A stretch of DNA of 64,000 nucleotides from Candidatus Rifleibacteriota bacterium (lineage in GTDB: Bacteria; Muiribacteriota; Ozemobacteria; Ozemobacterales; Ozemobacteraceae). Position 1 is the first letter of the stretch. The number at the start of each line of letters is the position of its first letter. A program made the translations under genes and the position numbers. Shown in pieces: positions 45,359-55,308 of the stretch. The notes beneath the pieces are model-generated. The model was not told where the DNA came from, did not search any database, and saw nothing but the letters and a program-made list of their open reading frames with translations. The DNA lies in assembly GCA_015232575.1 (NCBI GenBank), contig JADFZL010000018.1, positions 66,264 to 130,263 of the forward strand, in the 5' to 3' direction.

Positions 45359-45670
45359 TTATAAGTCTTGCTGCTGAACATGATACCTAGAATCAAAAAA
45401 TACTTCAGCATCAATGTAATTGTGCGAGGAGCAGGAAAAAAAGTCTACAGTGAGTTCTCTTAGCAACGATAGACTTTCCTGACAATAGTTTCCCTCTTTT
45501 TGATAATGGGTTAAAAAATCATCCCCAGCAAAAAACGGCTTATCTGAAAAGCTTTTCCACAAAACGCAACAGCTTATTGAAACAAGTTTTGTCAGCCCCA
45601 CACCGCAAATAAGAAATACGAACCTGCATAAAGAGGGGAACTTACTTGTGCTGTGGAAAACAAATTTCAT
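45359..45670 (-). CDS. Small hypothetical ORF between the two B12-rSAM genes (doubtful)
   Basis: 103 aa, Cys-rich. No motif. It occupies a 480-bp gap. Confidence 0.2.
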   Translation of the reverse strand: MKFVFHSTSKFPSLCRFVFLICGVGLTKLVSISCCVLWKSFSDKPFFAGDDFLTHYQKEGNYCQESLSLLRELTVDFFSCSSHNYIDAEVFFDSRYHVQQQDL

Positions 45671-45704
45671 GAGATCTCGCTTGCTTTGGTGAAGTTATCG
45701 AAGT

Positions 45705-47330
45705 CTATACCGTCAGGTTCTTGGAAAAATGTTGTATCTTGCTCGCCACTCTATTCAACAGCGTTTCATTATTCGTGATTTTAGCAATGGAAAGGAAGGT
45801 AACAAGAGAAATTATTATCCTAGGCAACAGAGCAGTCTTGGGCAAATTATATTCATTCCGGTAATTTTCCAGCTCTCTCTGGGTAACCCCATCCAATTGT
45901 CCAATAAGTAGTCCCATTTCCTCATCATGCTGCAAAAAATACTTTTTTATGCAGACGCTTTCATTATTGACAGGATTAACAAAGGTCACATCATGCGTCG
46001 GATATTTTTCAGATGAGAAAATTGCAGATCCAGGAAATGAAAGCATGTGGGTGACAAGACTTATTTGGCATGGGCTGTCCATATACTGGATAACCTGTCT
46101 GACGGTTTCCAGCAATTCATCTGTCGTGCTTTCTGGAATTCCAAGAATTAGATTGATGGTAGGATAGAGGTTATTTTCTAGCAATCCTTTCAAGACAGCA
46201 TGACATTTTTCGCTCGTAATACCCTTGCTTATAGACGCACTGCTCAGCAACCGGTCTGAAAATGTTTCTACTCCCAACGAAATGTTATGAAATCCAGCTT
46301 TTGAAAGAGCCTGCATCAGCCGGTGGTTTACGGTAGAAACCCCTTCACAGTCCTTTATCAAAAAACAGTTCGGTCTCGTCTGGCAACTGAAGCGAATATT
46401 TTCCGGCAATTCCCTCTTCTGTTTCGAAGCAATTATCAAATTGCAAATATCTATCGCGCGCTCAATCCCCGCCTTGTTCCCAATGAGAAAATCTTCGTCA
46501 TTGATGGAAAAACTTTTAGCCCCGTATTTCGTTACAAAGTGAACTATGAGATGGTGAACCTGCTCTGCCGTGAGACTCATCGGCTTTAACGCAGATCCCT
46601 GTGCCTCCTTGAGAAAATCGGGACAACAACAAAAACCGCATCGGGCAAGGCACTTGCTCGTAGTCAGAAGCCTTCCATTCTCAATGATGTAGGAGCGATT
46701 GTTTGCCAATAGTATACCGGTCGCTTTTTTTCTCATGAAGCCCCAATATCTATCGTAGGGTAAGTCTATATCGATAACATTACGGTACATGAGCTGTTCG
46801 AATTTCACGTTAGTAAGAGACTTAGCCGGATTATGAACCATACATCCGTGATCATCAAGAAAAGCAACGCCGTCACACCCTTTGAGGAATTCGCGATAAC
46901 TTGACTTAGAGCTTCCAAATTTCAAGCATATTTCCAGCAAAGCTTCTTCTGCATAACCGAGACAAACCACATCAAATCCGCACTTCAACCATTGCTTGTA
47001 GTTGATGGTGGCCTGCACACCTCCCGCGATGAACAGGCAATGTTTACCAATCCGGCGATAGATCTCCTTCAATGAATGTAGGAAATTTAGATCTTCAAGC
47101 ATTCTCCAGTGAGTGACGCTTATGCCTATAATGTCGTAAATACCATTCTCAAGATCAAGCAAATAATCGCATTCTAAATTTAGCTGATGATCCACCACAT
47201 CGCAGCGTATTCCGCTACTGTTCAGAACATGTCGCAAATTATACAAACCAATAGGAACTGACAAACTGTCAGGTGTTTCTTCCGCTGGTGATTTCGAGGT
47301 GAACAGAATAACTGCAGGTAAAACACTCAT
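45705..47330 (-). CDS. B12-binding radical SAM enzyme (second paralog)
   Basis: N-terminal B12-binding-like domain. CLARCGFCCC (Cx3Cx2C). Confidence 0.75.
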   Translation of the reverse strand: MSVLPAVILFTSKSPAEETPDSLSVPIGLYNLRHVLNSSGIRCDVVDHQLNLECDYLLDLENGIYDIIGISVTHWRMLEDLNFLHSLKEIYRRIGKHCLFIAGGVQATINYKQWLKCGFDVVCLGYAEEALLEICLKFGSSKSSYREFLKGCDGVAFLDDHGCMVHNPAKSLTNVKFEQLMYRNVIDIDLPYDRYWGFMRKKATGILLANNRSYIIENGRLLTTSKCLARCGFCCCPDFLKEAQGSALKPMSLTAEQVHHLIVHFVTKYGAKSFSINDEDFLIGNKAGIERAIDICNLIIASKQKRELPENIRFSCQTRPNCFLIKDCEGVSTVNHRLMQALSKAGFHNISLGVETFSDRLLSSASISKGITSEKCHAVLKGLLENNLYPTINLILGIPESTTDELLETVRQVIQYMDSPCQISLVTHMLSFPGSAIFSSEKYPTHDVTFVNPVNNESVCIKKYFLQHDEEMGLLIGQLDGVTQRELENYRNEYNLPKTALLPRIIISLVTFLSIAKITNNETLLNRVASKIQHFSKNLTV

Positions 47331-47761
47331 TTTGCATTACCTTCCCCTGCATTGAATCCAAGATAGAAACTTAAATTTTTCGTTTCAAAAAGTTCCTTCA
47401 ATTTTGGACGTTTTTCTCCTAGAATAATTAACCATGGAGCAATCTACGTTTTAATAAAAGAATATAAATTAGACGCCACTAATTATAGCGCTTTATTAAA
47501 AAAAAGCAAGTGGAAGTTTGACATTTATCCAGGAATTATCTATTACCATTAAAACAACTATAAATAGATGTTTATATAGAATGACTTTATTCGATGTCTT
47601 AGCAATAAAAGTTTTGTTAATGCAGATTTAAAAGAATTTTGATGGATAATTCCTGACATTTATCATTGTCTTTTGTCAAAATATTTGTTAAACTCATATG
47701 GTTGTTCACAGTTTTTGATGATGGTCAAATAATTCTAATTTTTTTAGGGAAAAACGGCTAA

Positions 47762-49036
47762 TTGAAAAAGCATTTTCAAAATCAACGAAAAGTAACTTCC
47801 TTCCAAACACTTCAGTACAGGTATGATCAGAACTGTAGACTGTGTGGGAGTGAGCGTATTTCATCAGCCCTCAAGCTACAAGATACTCCACTAGAAGACC
47901 AGTTTTTAAAAGTGCCCACCTTTCAACCTACGTTTCCTCTAGAGTTAGCCCTTTGTGAAAACTGTGGCTATCTTCATTTACCCTACATTATTAGTCCCGA
48001 AGCTAGTTACTCTGATTATATGTATGTAAGCGGTGTAACTGTGGGTCTTAGAAACCATTACGATGCGTATGCCGAAGAAATAGTTACCAATTATAATATT
48101 CCCAAAGGGTCATTGATTGTGGATTTAGGAAGTAATGATGGTTCGATGCTGGCTTCTTTCAAGCGTATCGGAATGCAAGTGCAAGGGGTAGAACCAGCTA
48201 CTGCAACAGCTAAACTTGCCAATGACAATGGCTTACAGACCATCAACGATTTCTTTACCGATAATGTTGCAACCCAAATTATTCAAGAGTATGGCATGGC
48301 TCAGGTTGTGACTGCAAACTACGTTTATGCAAATATTGACGATGTGATTAGTTTTACTAAAGCTGTTGTTAAACTTCTTTCTCCAAGCGGCATATTTGTT
48401 GTAGAGACGGGGTATCATCCAGAGCAAATGAATATTAATATGTTTGATTATATATATCATGAGCACTTTTCCTATTTCACGGTCGAAGTTTTAAAAAATC
48501 TTTTTTCTAAATGTAGTCTAGAATTAATACGAGCTACTAAAACAACTCCTAAAGGCGGTTCCATCCAGCTTGTTTGTCAACCGTCAGAAAAGCAAAAAAC
48601 TGTTGCAGACTCAGTAGAAAAATTGATTTCTGATGAATATAGACTTGGAATGCGTAACATAGAAACCTACCATCATTTTGGGAAAAAAATTCAGAATATT
48701 AAAAACAATTTACTTGACTTCCTTAAAAATATAAAATCCAAGGGTGAGAAAATAATTGGTTTTGGTGCTTCCCATAGCACGACAACCTTAATGTATCACT
48801 TTGAACTCGCTCCTTATTTAGACTTTTTAGTAGATGACAATCAGTTAAAACATGGAACTTTTTCACCAGGACATCATATACCTGTCCATCCTTCGAGTAG
48901 GCTTTATGAAGAGAACCCTGCTCATGTGTTAGTACTTGCTTGGCAACACCAAAAAACTATTCTTGAGAAACATAGTTCTCTGATAAAGAAAGGATTTAAG
49001 TTTATACTTCCTTTGCCAGAATTTAGAATTGTGTAG
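47762..49036 (+). CDS. NDP-hexose C-methyltransferase (TylCIII-like): Zn-ribbon, methyltransferase domain and C-methyltransferase domain
   Basis: N-terminal CRLCGS...CENCGY zinc-binding domain. VDLGSNDGSML motif I. C-terminal C-methyltransf-like domain. TTG start. Confidence 0.7.
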   Translation: MKKHFQNQRKVTSFQTLQYRYDQNCRLCGSERISSALKLQDTPLEDQFLKVPTFQPTFPLELALCENCGYLHLPYIISPEASYSDYMYVSGVTVGLRNHYDAYAEEIVTNYNIPKGSLIVDLGSNDGSMLASFKRIGMQVQGVEPATATAKLANDNGLQTINDFFTDNVATQIIQEYGMAQVVTANYVYANIDDVISFTKAVVKLLSPSGIFVVETGYHPEQMNINMFDYIYHEHFSYFTVEVLKNLFSKCSLELIRATKTTPKGGSIQLVCQPSEKQKTVADSVEKLISDEYRLGMRNIETYHHFGKKIQNIKNNLLDFLKNIKSKGEKIIGFGASHSTTTLMYHFELAPYLDFLVDDNQLKHGTFSPGHHIPVHPSSRLYEENPAHVLVLAWQHQKTILEKHSSLIKKGFKFILPLPEFRIV

Positions 49037-49047
49037 AGATAACTAAA

Positions 49048-50133
49048 ATGTCTTATAAAATTAACTGGTGGCGAACCTCTTTTGGTGAAGAAGAAATCAA
49101 CAGAGTGGCTCAATCTATTCGATCAGAGTGTGTAAGCCAAGGTAAGGTAACTTGCGAATTTGAGCGAAAGCTGGAAGAATTACTGCAAGTTAGGCATGTT
49201 GTTGCTGTTTCTAGCGGTAGCGTTGCCTTATTGAGTGCATTAATGGCAATTGGAATTAAACCTGGCGACGAGATAATTATCCCCAACCGTACTTGGATTG
49301 CAACAGCACATGCTGTTAAATTGTTAGGGGGCAAAGTTGTTCCCGTCGATGTAGAAGTTAATAGACCGATCATTGACGTAAACCAGATTTCGAAGGCAAT
49401 AACTTCGCAAACTCGTGCCATTATTCCGGTACATATGAATGGACGTTCTGCCGATATGCGCCGGATTCGGGAAATTGCAAAAAAATATCATCTTTTTGTA
49501 ATCGAAGATGCTGCTCAAGCAATTGCTTCAAAAAATGCTGATGGATTTCTAGGCACTCAATCCGATATTGGTTGCTTTTCTTTGTCAGTTGCTAAAACAA
49601 TTGCAACTGGCCAAGGTGGCTTCGTGGTAACGAATACTGATAATCTTGCAGAAAAATTACGTTCCATAAGAACCCACGGAGTCGAAAATGTAAAAGACCC
49701 TGGGAGGTGGGTTATGCAAGGATTCAATTTTCGCTTTACAGATGTTCTTGCATCAATAGGTATTGAGCAACTCAAGCGACTAGCTGGAAGATTGGATTAC
49801 CTCCGAGAATTATATCACATCTATGAATCCGGTCTTAAGGATTCCCCGTTCAAAATCATTCCTGTCGATATTGAAACAGGTGAGATCCCCGTCTACAATG
49901 AGTTTCTTGTTGACAATCGCCAATGGTGGATAAATCGTCTTGAAGAATCAGAAATCGAAACTCGTCCATTTTATCCTAATGTTGATCAGGCAGACTACTT
50001 GGAGGTTCCTTCTCACAACTTTCCGAATTCCGCCAAGTATAGTCTTTGCGGAATTTATTTGCCCAGTGGTCCTTCTCAGTCGGTAAGTAATATTCGGAGT
50101 GTTATAGCTGAGGTTAATAATTGCAAAAAATAA
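49048..50133 (+). CDS. DegT/DnrJ/EryC1/StrS-family PLP-dependent sugar aminotransferase
   Basis: DAAQAIAS and SLSVAKTIATGQGG (PLP lysine). 361 aa. Confidence 0.9.
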   Translation: MSYKINWWRTSFGEEEINRVAQSIRSECVSQGKVTCEFERKLEELLQVRHVVAVSSGSVALLSALMAIGIKPGDEIIIPNRTWIATAHAVKLLGGKVVPVDVEVNRPIIDVNQISKAITSQTRAIIPVHMNGRSADMRRIREIAKKYHLFVIEDAAQAIASKNADGFLGTQSDIGCFSLSVAKTIATGQGGFVVTNTDNLAEKLRSIRTHGVENVKDPGRWVMQGFNFRFTDVLASIGIEQLKRLAGRLDYLRELYHIYESGLKDSPFKIIPVDIETGEIPVYNEFLVDNRQWWINRLEESEIETRPFYPNVDQADYLEVPSHNFPNSAKYSLCGIYLPSGPSQSVSNIRSVIAEVNNCKK

Positions 50134-51050
50134 AGTTTTTATTGCTTGGAACTTCAGAGTTTACGATTATATGCGCAAATTATCTTCTTGATTCAGGTTG
50201 CGTTGTGTCTGGAATGGTAACCCTCACCCCAGAACTGCTACCAAATAATTCTGTCTCATTTGAAAATTTTTGCGCCGAAAAAAATATTCCTCTTTTAATA
50301 GTGGAAGATATAAATAATATAACTTCACTTTCTAAACTCAAACAATTTGACTCTGATTATATTTTGAGTACCTGGCCAAAAATTTTGTCGAATGCAATTC
50401 TTTCAATACCAAGGTATTTTACAATTGGCAGCCATCCGACACCACTTCCAATGTCTCGCGGGAGACATCCTTTACACTGGCTAATCTGCTTAGGTATTCC
50501 AAATACTGCCCTTACTTTTTTCCGCATGGACAATGGAATTGATACTGGTTCTATTCTATTACAAAAGTATTTTCCTGTAGGCAATTCGATTCACGATGCA
50601 AATTCTAATATGTCAAATGCTGCCAAAGAAGCAATTTTTCTATTAGTTGATACTCTTACAAAATATCCAGAATTTAAAGGTACAAAGCAAGAGGAGAATT
50701 ATTCAAACTATTGGAGAAAAAAAGATATACACGACATTACTCTTGATCCACGGATGTCTGCCTCAATGGCATTAAGAATAGTAAATTCATTTAGTCCACC
50801 TTACCCGGGTGCTGTCTTGATAATATCAAGAGAAGAATCCTTGAGAATTTTATCCGGTTCGATCGTTTCTGTATCAACAAAGTTTCCAAATTGGAAGAAC
50901 TACGAGCACGGATATATTTTTTATCATAGTAATAATGAAATAACATTGCGTTTTGATGATGCTGTTCTTTCACTCATTTTTTTTCCTTCTGGAAAAAAAA
51001 CGGCATGTGAGCCTGGAAAAAAGATTCGACCACCATCGTTTTATTCTTAA
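50121..51050 (+). CDS. Formyltransferase-family protein (sugar N-formyltransferase / Fmt-like N-terminal domain)
   Basis: IGSHPTPLPMSRGRHPLHW corresponds to the SLLP..RG formyltransferase motif. Its start overlaps the DegT gene. Confidence 0.65.
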   Translation: MQKIKFLLLGTSEFTIICANYLLDSGCVVSGMVTLTPELLPNNSVSFENFCAEKNIPLLIVEDINNITSLSKLKQFDSDYILSTWPKILSNAILSIPRYFTIGSHPTPLPMSRGRHPLHWLICLGIPNTALTFFRMDNGIDTGSILLQKYFPVGNSIHDANSNMSNAAKEAIFLLVDTLTKYPEFKGTKQEENYSNYWRKKDIHDITLDPRMSASMALRIVNSFSPPYPGAVLIISREESLRILSGSIVSVSTKFPNWKNYEHGYIFYHSNNEITLRFDDAVLSLIFFPSGKKTACEPGKKIRPPSFYS

Positions 51051-51069
51051 TTTTTGAACAGTCTTTTTG

Positions 51070-51966
51070 CTAAGCCAGCACAGTTTTTTCCGCAGCCTCC
51101 AATTTACCATGCGAATATTTATCAAATCCCAAACTCATTTCCTGAAGATACAAATAAATAGAAGCTTTGACTGTTAGAGGACGGTATTTTGTTAATAACT
51201 TCTTATTCGAAAGTACATATTTATTCTCATTGTCCTTCTCTTGACAATCTATTAAGGAATTTGAGTATAACTCTTTTCTCATCAGTTCGACGACCTCTAA
51301 AGACGTTGTAAGTTCATCAGCACAAATTATAAAGGAATCAGAAGTATCATATTGTTCATCGAAAATATGTCTAATAAAACCATAAATATCCCTAACATGT
51401 ATCAAATGGTTATACAGCATATTGCTTATTGATAAAGAAGCACTCTTTTTCAATGTTTTATATACTCCATCAATCCACCCATGTGACCCCACACCAATAA
51501 CACCTGGCATTCGAAGAGAAATTGTTTGGATATTCTCCTGTAAAATATTTTCACAAAAATATTTTGTTAAACCATATAACCCCGGGTTAATAATATCTGT
51601 ATTTTCAGTTACTTCACTCACTCTTACTGTGCCATAAACTTTTATTGAAGAAGTATAAATAATAAGCCTTGGAGCTAATTTCCTAGCAATTTTTACAACA
51701 TTCTCTGTTACTAGAATATTTGACTTTAAATATTCCTCGGCTGATTTGTTCAATAATGACTGACCGGCCATATGAATAATAATATCAATGTTGCGTTCAG
51801 GAAAATATGGGCTAATACTCAAATCATGAGAAATCCAAGAAAAATTACCGTGAATAATATTTGGATTAGTTCTTGAAACACCAAGAATAATTTCCCCGTC
51901 TCTCAAAAGTCTTGTGATTACATATTTTGCAATATAACTTGAACAACCTGTAAACAAAATATTCAT
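51070..51966 (-). CDS. NAD-dependent epimerase/dehydratase (extended SDR)
   Basis: N-terminal ILFTGCSSYIAKY nucleotide-binding region. YGLTK (YxxxK). Confidence 0.6.
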   Translation of the reverse strand: MNILFTGCSSYIAKYVITRLLRDGEIILGVSRTNPNIIHGNFSWISHDLSISPYFPERNIDIIIHMAGQSLLNKSAEEYLKSNILVTENVVKIARKLAPRLIIYTSSIKVYGTVRVSEVTENTDIINPGLYGLTKYFCENILQENIQTISLRMPGVIGVGSHGWIDGVYKTLKKSASLSISNMLYNHLIHVRDIYGFIRHIFDEQYDTSDSFIICADELTTSLEVVELMRKELYSNSLIDCQEKDNENKYVLSNKKLLTKYRPLTVKASIYLYLQEMSLGFDKYSHGKLEAAEKTVLA

Positions 51967-52508
51967 AACGTCGCTGTTTCTCTCATAAGATTATCTATAT
52001 AACTATTTACAGACAAAGTGTCTTCAACTTCAGGTGCCCAAGGAGCAAAAAAACTGTCACCACCTGGAATAAAAGGACCGATGCGACTCTCATGAAAAAT
52101 CACATAATCACTGGTAGGAACAGAAAAATGATAATAATTCTTTTCAAATCTGTACAATAAGTTTCCTTCTATCGAAACATCCAATCGCCTTAATACTTGC
52201 CCTTCCTCATTAAAAACAAAAACAATTTGGGAACCTTCAATAAGATGATACGCTTCGGCCTTTAATAAGTGTTTGTGAGGTCTTACATAGGTGTTTTTAT
52301 GGTGCAAAATAATCATATTGTGCAGTTCGGATTTTTGAGATTGATGCATAGAAATGCGTATATTTCTTTTTTCACGGAAAGCAATCTTTTTTAACTCATT
52401 AATGATTTCTTTGGTTAGAAAAACAACTTCTTCTTTACAATAGAAAGATAAAGACTTTGCCTGCACATCTTGAACAATATAAGGATAAGAAGAAAAATAG
52501 GAACTCAT
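51963..52508 (-). CDS. Cupin-fold protein (WbuC/WxcM-like sugar-modifying cupin)
   Basis: 181 aa. HHKNTYVRPHKHLLKAEAYHLIEGSQIVFVF is a cupin core. Located in a sugar operon. Confidence 0.4.
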   Translation of the reverse strand: MSSYFSSYPYIVQDVQAKSLSFYCKEEVVFLTKEIINELKKIAFREKRNIRISMHQSQKSELHNMIILHHKNTYVRPHKHLLKAEAYHLIEGSQIVFVFNEEGQVLRRLDVSIEGNLLYRFEKNYYHFSVPTSDYVIFHESRIGPFIPGGDSFFAPWAPEVEDTLSVNSYIDNLMRETATL

Positions 52509-52602
52509 TATTTAATCACCAAACCAACGCAGAATAAAAACAGATATTTTGCTAAAAGTTAATAACTTAATCAAACAAATCTCTTGAAAACAAGCTGAAA
52601 AA

Positions 52603-53541
52603 TCAGAAACAGATCTTTGATTCCTCTGAATCCCACAATCTGCAACCCTTACAAAAATCAAACTTGTCTCTCAAACCTTTCAAGTGAGTTTGTCTAAAAT
52701 TCTTAAAGTAAATCCCCTTCTGCCAAATATCCTTAATACTGTGGAAATTAATATTACCATTAACATATTTGAAATCAAAATCTACTGGACAGATTGTAAC
52801 ATCACCATTATAGCGAATTACCATGGTTGAAAAAGGCGAAGTACATGGAGACTCAATTTTCTGAAAATCTCTGACAGAAACATAATTGTCTAACTGATTT
52901 CCCCAGCTATGTACACTCTTTGCGTGAACACAATCTTGCTTTTGTAAAAAGCTTCGCCAAAACTTTCCCCATTCTTCTACTTCTGAGATGTTATCTTCCT
53001 GAATAACCATTCTTACTCTAATAATCAATTTAGACAACAGTTTATCCCTTAATTTAATAAACTGAAATATATTACCTACAACTTCTTCAAAGTTTAGACC
53101 CTTTCTTATCTTTTCGAAAGTATCTTTTTTAAGTCCATCAACTGAGAACATTATTTCATCTAAACCACATTGAAGAAGAGATAACCCTCTCTCATTGTTT
53201 AACAGCGAAGCATTTGTGGAAAAAATTACATGTTTAATGCCACATTTTTTTAAATAAGCTATTCTTTCCTCAAGCTTATCATCCAGCAAGGGTTCACCAT
53301 CTCGCGACATATTAACAACTCTTACTATGTCTTTATATTCTATTAATTCATCAGATATTTTCTGAAATAGCTCAGGGCTCATATAAGCACTACTTGATTT
53401 ATGCCATTTTTTTACAGTACACATACGGCAAGATGCATTACAAGCATTCACAGTTTCAATTTCAAAGTAAACCGGAAATAAAAAGCAATCTTCAATTCTG
53501 GATAATTTTAGTTTTTTCAGCAAAACATCAGTATTATTCAT
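52603..53541 (-). CDS. Radical SAM / SPASM-domain enzyme
   Basis: VNACNASCRMC (Cx3Cx2C). C-terminal auxiliary cysteines (CTSPF...ICPVDF...CKGCRLWD). Confidence 0.8.
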   Translation of the reverse strand: MNNTDVLLKKLKLSRIEDCFLFPVYFEIETVNACNASCRMCTVKKWHKSSSAYMSPELFQKISDELIEYKDIVRVVNMSRDGEPLLDDKLEERIAYLKKCGIKHVIFSTNASLLNNERGLSLLQCGLDEIMFSVDGLKKDTFEKIRKGLNFEEVVGNIFQFIKLRDKLLSKLIIRVRMVIQEDNISEVEEWGKFWRSFLQKQDCVHAKSVHSWGNQLDNYVSVRDFQKIESPCTSPFSTMVIRYNGDVTICPVDFDFKYVNGNINFHSIKDIWQKGIYFKNFRQTHLKGLRDKFDFCKGCRLWDSEESKICF

Positions 53542-53723
53542 TTTTCGCCAGCCAAATACACTTATTCAAAAGAGCCATACTCATTTTTCAACTCTGAAAA
53601 AGAGAAATGGTTTTAAGAAAAACGGAAACCAACCATAAATTACCATGCAAATCCAAACCTCAAATATTATGCATTATTAACGAAAACTCGTTTTCGTAGA
53701 GACAATGCTTTTACGATCGTATT

Positions 53724-54383
53724 TCAAAAATATATAAACTCATAATCACCTGTATAGCTAAATTCGGCAAAGATCCATGACCATTCTTCTGGGGAAAAGA
53801 AAGATTCACAGGTTAATGCCCAACACTGAAGATTAAATAACTCTTGTTCATTTCTGTAACTTTCAACAACAAGATATTTATTCTTACCAACGCGCTCTAT
53901 CTCAGACAACGCGTTCTTTAAACCTGCAATTCTTAAATTGTGCAATGTTGTAATAGAAATAACAAGATCAAACTCTTTATTCTGGTAAGGATATCTTTCG
54001 CTGGCATCATGCTTATGCAAATAAGCTTTCACTTCGGGTTTAGCGTTAATCAAAGCATAATCCGAAATATCTATTCCAACCACCTTTGAATTCGGAAGCA
54101 ATTCTCGTAACTCGTAGAGTAAAAAAGCTTTGCCACAGCCAACGTCAAGAATTTTTGCATCGTCTTTCAGGTCATATTGTTTTATCAGGCTTTCAGCTAC
54201 CGCTTTCCAGCGACCGTCATATCTATAGCCGCCATAACCATAACAGCGTTCGCCGTCCCAATAATCTTTTCCATATTGTCTGGCAATACGAGAACACTCT
54301 ACTTTGTTATTTATCATTCGGGAAAGAAAATCTCTTTCCGTGCTTTTGTGCAAAGGATTAATAATATTCAGCAGTTGTCCCAT
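53724..54383 (-). CDS. Class I SAM-dependent methyltransferase
   Basis: ILDVGCGKAFLLYEL (motif I). Confidence 0.8.
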   Translation of the reverse strand: MGQLLNIINPLHKSTERDFLSRMINNKVECSRIARQYGKDYWDGERCYGYGGYRYDGRWKAVAESLIKQYDLKDDAKILDVGCGKAFLLYELRELLPNSKVVGIDISDYALINAKPEVKAYLHKHDASERYPYQNKEFDLVISITTLHNLRIAGLKNALSEIERVGKNKYLVVESYRNEQELFNLQCWALTCESFFSPEEWSWIFAEFSYTGDYEFIYF

Positions 54384-54384
54384 T

Positions 54385-55308
54385 CTATTTTTTCTCTAAT
54401 ATTTGTTTAACGGTTTCAACAATATTTCTGACACTGATTCCACATGACTCTTTCATTTCTTCAAAACTACCATATTCACTACAATAACAATCATTAAAGC
54501 CTATTTTTTTGAATCTTACAGAATTTTTGTATTCCGCTAACGTATCTGCCACAGCACTCCCTAAGCCTCCAATAACACTATGCCCCTCAATGGTCACAAT
54601 GGCTTTAGTTTCCTCAGCAGCTTTAATAACAATCTCATTGTCGAACGGCTTTATTGTGTGAATATTTATCAATCTTACACTTATCGAATCACGGGCCAAT
54701 ATATCTGATGCAAGTTTGGCATCATGGACTGAATTTCCTGTTGCAATCAATGTAACATCTTTTCCATCCTTTAGAAGAATGCCCTTACCAATTTGGAAAT
54801 CGTAATCGGTATTATAAACTGCGGGTTCCTTGCTTGTTCCAAGTCGAATATAAACCGGTCCTTCGATGCTGTATGCGGCCTCAGTTGCCTTTTTTGTTTC
54901 CAAGGCATCAGCAGGCGAAAATATCTTCATATTTGGAAGCACTCTCATCAATGCAAGATCTTCTATTGCGTGATGTGTCGGGCCCAATGTCGAATAACTT
55001 ACTCCTGCTCCGATTCCAACAATTTTAACATTCATTTTTTGCATGCAAATATCATTGCGAATTTGCTCAAACGCACGCATTACAAGAAATGGAATAATGG
55101 TATAAATAAATGGAATTTTCTTACAGGAGGATACTCCAGCAGATACACTAACCATCGTGCTTTCGGCTATTCCGAAATTAACAAAATTATTCGGAAAACT
55201 TCTACGGTAACGGTCAAATACAATTGCACCATTATCAGCGACAAAAGAAAAAACGCTATTATCTCTTTCTGTCAATTGGTACAAGGTGTTTATGTAGGCA
55301 TCTCTCAT
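54385..55308 (-). CDS. Transketolase, C-terminal subunit (split transketolase)
   Basis: Transketolase Pyr/C-terminal domain. It overlaps the upstream N-terminal subunit gene. Confidence 0.9.
   Translation of the reverse strand: MRDAYINTLYQLTERDNSVFSFVADNGAIVFDRYRRSFPNNFVNFGIAESTMVSVSAGVSSCKKIPFIYTIIPFLVMRAFEQIRNDICMQKMNVKIVGIGAGVSYSTLGPTHHAIEDLALMRVLPNMKIFSPADALETKKATEAAYSIEGPVYIRLGTSKEPAVYNTDYDFQIGKGILLKDGKDVTLIATGNSVHDAKLASDILARDSISVRLINIHTIKPFDNEIVIKAAEETKAIVTIEGHSVIGGLGSAVADTLAEYKNSVRFKKIGFNDCYCSEYGSFEEMKESCGISVRNIVETVKQILEKK

Noticed and set aside
52603-53541. Radical SAM/SPASM enzyme as a RiPP maturase, i.e. a hidden peptide natural product cluster
   Set aside because: No small precursor-peptide ORF, transporter or peptidase is nearby. 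The neighbours are all sugar-modifying enzymes, so a glycan role is more parsimonious.
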